A stretch of 64,000 nucleotides of DNA from Perkinsus chesapeaki ATCC PRA-425 (lineage: Eukaryota > Protista > Perkinsozoa), in contig JAAPAO010000017.1 of NCBI GenBank assembly GCA_013115145.1, positions 62,001-126,000 of the forward strand. Reading direction: 5' to 3'. Numbering within the stretch: position 1 is the first letter of the stretch; each line of letters starts with the position of its first letter. Below are positions 61,000 to 64,000 of the stretch, piece after piece. The notes beneath the pieces were generated by a model. The model searched no databases and was not told where the DNA came from. It saw nothing but the letters and a program-made list of their open reading frames with translations. A program made the translations under genes and the position numbers.

Positions 61000-63900
61000 A
61001 GAGTACTTAGGCTTGAGGGTATAGGTGCCAAGTGCATCCATCTACAAGAGGAATGTGATGCGGAAATACCAACACGGTATATCAAACACTCACTCGAACG
61101 GCTTCTCCGAAGGCCGCAGTGGCGTGCTGCTTCTCGGCGGCATCACAGTGGGTGACCTTTACCCATCTCTTTAATTTCGGTGCCAATGCTGATAGATCCG
61201 GGTCTTCCTGTACGCCTAGACTATCAGCACTCCCTACATGCAGCCACTACAGTGTCGGAGAGTCCCTGGGAACCTACCAGTGCACCACAAGCCCTTCTTG
61301 GCCAGCTGCTTCCAACTGGTAGTGCCAGCAACCCATACAGGTATACCCATAGAGTTAATAGTCTCTATAAGCTTATCAGGCGATGAAGGCAACGCTGAGG
61401 CCTTGGAAATCCACAGACCAAACTGAAAAAATTATCTTAACCTCGGAAGGAAGGCGAGTCGCCAAACTTGAAATGCACCACCAAATAGTTCACACAATAT
61501 ACCACCGCGGCTTCATCTATGGCATGGTGGACCGTAAATAAGTCACGGCTCGATTTACTAAATAGCGCTCCCAATGAAACTAGGAGAGCTTACCAAACCC
61601 ACCCGGCTACGGAAAGACCATCTTATCTCACAAAACGAGGAAAACAAATGACGGCTCGACGTGGACCGGGCCATGTCAGGATCAAGCGCGTTATGCATCC
61701 CGCTGAAGGCCTACCTCCTGCCCGCCATCTCTGAGCATCCCCATAAGTTTCTCGCCGGCATCTTTCACCACTTCCCGTTCAAACAATGACATGCCCCCAG
61801 CACCACCAACCTGGCAGGATGTAGCGGAAATGTGGTACTAAATTGCCTACTTGCAATGGCGCTGGGTCCCCTTCCTTCAGGCGAAGGTCGTCTAGAAGAG
61901 CATTCTTAGGAGTGATACGGCGATCCAGCAAGTCTAGACCAGCATGTGTTCGGCCACATAGGAAGGTAACTGTACCGTAACTACGAGGTAGTATGGTACA
62001 GCCTATCTTCTGATGGCATCCACCACCGTATCTACAACGACAGCAACACATCGGCACATCAATGTCATCAACAAAGCAGGAGCTGCTGCTCCGCCCTTCA
62101 ACGTGCTTCACAGCTCTGGTACTACGACAATATATGAAAGAACGAATTGACACTATATGTTTCGTGCAGCTGAGGATGTGCAATGATCAATTCAACTATG
62201 GCTTGGAAAACATATAGCCATTCACTTCTACTGGTATACCCGCGTCCGTATGCCGCACCACGGGCTCATAGATATTCCCCGAAGCAGCCGATAAGCCAGT
62301 TCACTTTCAACGCTGCTTCACTCTGGACCACCCAAGAATGGTCTTCCCAATGCCTACGAGTTGAGTATCTCCTTCTCCTTCCAAGCCGCATCAAAAGTAC
62401 TTCTATCATTCAACACCTTCACCATCTAATAGCACCATAATAACCCCACCAACCTCCATCCACTCTACACCGTTACCTTCCTCACATATTCCTTCTCTGG
62501 TGCAGTGCTAACCTCAATTCCCAGCGCCCCCTGGGCCGCAGCTGTAGGGTTACTAGATAGCGGAAGCACCATACAGTAACAGGAGGCTACAAATCTGTAA
62601 TCAGACAACTACACCAGAAACCGCGCGCCACAAAACTGCCTACCCCTTAACGAGCTCTCGACTCTCTTTAAACTCATCTTTAGTACTTCGTACGAATCTG
62701 TCCACGGCGGCCTTCGCCAACACCAAACCGTGTGGGCGCGGCCCGAGGGTATCGTCGTGCATCTCAGGGTCCATCAGCTTACGCATGCGTGTCTAGGAAC
62801 AGTGATGGGGTTTCTATCGGCCTTCCTCAGATGAGTCCTAATATTGCCTCGCCAAATGGATCTAGAATCTCCCTACTGGCCGAAACCTAACCGAATTCTG
62901 CTAATCTTGAATCCAAATTTTCCTTCCTCCCAACACACATAGACGGCCACACGCGTAATACGTCTAGAAGAGGTTATCGCCTCGCCCAATCCGTAGTGGT
63001 TCACCTGTATGTTGCCGCGGACATCTCGGAACTGAACCGTGGAGACTCCGGGTACCACAGTATTAAGGAACGGTGTTAGGTTAAATTGACGGCGCGGTGA
63101 CGATGACAGCACAATGAGCGTGCCTCCGTTCGCAGCGCTGATAACAATACGCTGACGAAGAGCCGTTGAGGTAAGTAAGCTCACATCTCGGGCAGCGCAT
63201 CTTTACGTATAATGATCATGTCTCTTGGATCCGCCCTGGGTAAGGTGGAGGCCACTGTCGTGCCGGGTTCCTCTGCCAACGGAAGGTCCTTCCATGAGTG
63301 CACCACAAGGTCGAATGACCCTGAAAGATAGGTGTTGCATCCAATTACTATGGAATGGGAAAAATGTAATAGACAGGCTACATCGCATTCCCAAAGGAAA
63401 TGTGTGGCTGATTCCTCCCCGTTCATCCTATCAAATTAATAGCGAGTTGCCCAGCTTAACCTGGGTGGCCAGTTCACCTCGGTCGGGCAAGCTGGACACA
63501 TGGGCGACTAGGTCTAGTTACCGCTCATGTCCCAATTAGAAGCTTCATTTCATGGAAACACATTACCCATCAAGAACCCTATAACGAACCAGCTTATACC
63601 CTATGGCATTTTACGAACGTCGTCCCGTTAGAATATGCGCACTACTACTCCGTAGAAAAGATACACAGTCGGAATCTGCGGATTCGGTCCTTACTCACCA
63701 TCCAACAGTCCATCTCTGAGGAATGTCGTGAAGACTCCTGTTTCTGGCATCTTCCACAAAGGGTCCTTCAAGTTGGCGTCACCAGGGGCTTCCCTGTAGT
63801 GGCACTCTATCTGAAGGTATATTCTCAACAAGAAGAAGAAGAAAATGTCCAGGCCAGACAAAATACGAACTTATTTATTCGATAAATTGCACTGACTCTC
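61000..63900 (-). mobile_element. Heavily decayed non-LTR retrotransposon (APE endonuclease + reverse transcriptase)
   Basis: Motifs in the expected order across broken frames: GDANLKDPLW (~63760-63790, like GDFNAxHPLW), GPRPHGL (like PGPDG), SDYRFV (like DYRPI), STFDAAW (like AFDxxW), CFVDDID, GL..ITPKN and VPHFRYI (like FKYLG). Confidence 0.55.
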
Positions 63901-64000
63901 TATGAGATCACAGGCCCTCAGTGAGTGAAACCTAATTCCAACCCTAGAAAGACACTTAGGGTAACACACTGTGTTAACAAGAAACTCACACCGAGGCGTG

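Noticed and set aside
1-64000. CRISPR arrays, rRNA, spliced-leader RNA gene (ACCGTAGCCAT-type leader), selenoprotein read-through
   Set aside because: No repeat-spacer array, rRNA motifs, SL sequence or convincing in-frame TGA/SECIS pair found on reading by eye.

Overview
Gene-dense eukaryotic protist DNA with many ~42-57 nt GT-AG introns and one 100-N scaffold gap at 2927-3026. Gene architecture and content resemble a perkinsid alveolate (Perkinsus-like); this is an inference, not a database match. Most ORF-track entries are exon fragments or antisense shadows, so gene models were spliced by eye and some boundaries are approximate. Recognisable genes: a 4-domain neuralized/SPRY-like protein, a RING-H2 ligase, topoisomerase IB, a chorismate mutase fused to a prephenate-dehydratase-like module, an SPX protein, two sphingolipid delta-4 desaturase paralogs, F-box-like genes, two pepsin-like pseudo-proteases, an EGF/TM protein, a COPI-associated membrane protein, a calmodulin-like protein, an ankyrin-repeat protein, tRNA-Gly, tRNA-Asn and a decayed LINE. 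The best candidate for an undescribed system is 8139-11506: a pol-less, intronless gene with two tandem Gag-capsid-like domains and a CCCH zinc finger, beside a disrupted paralog carrying a retropepsin-like insert. Also notable: an apparently inactive PDT module fused to an Aro7-type chorismate mutase, and tRNA or tRNA-like sequences inside three introns.
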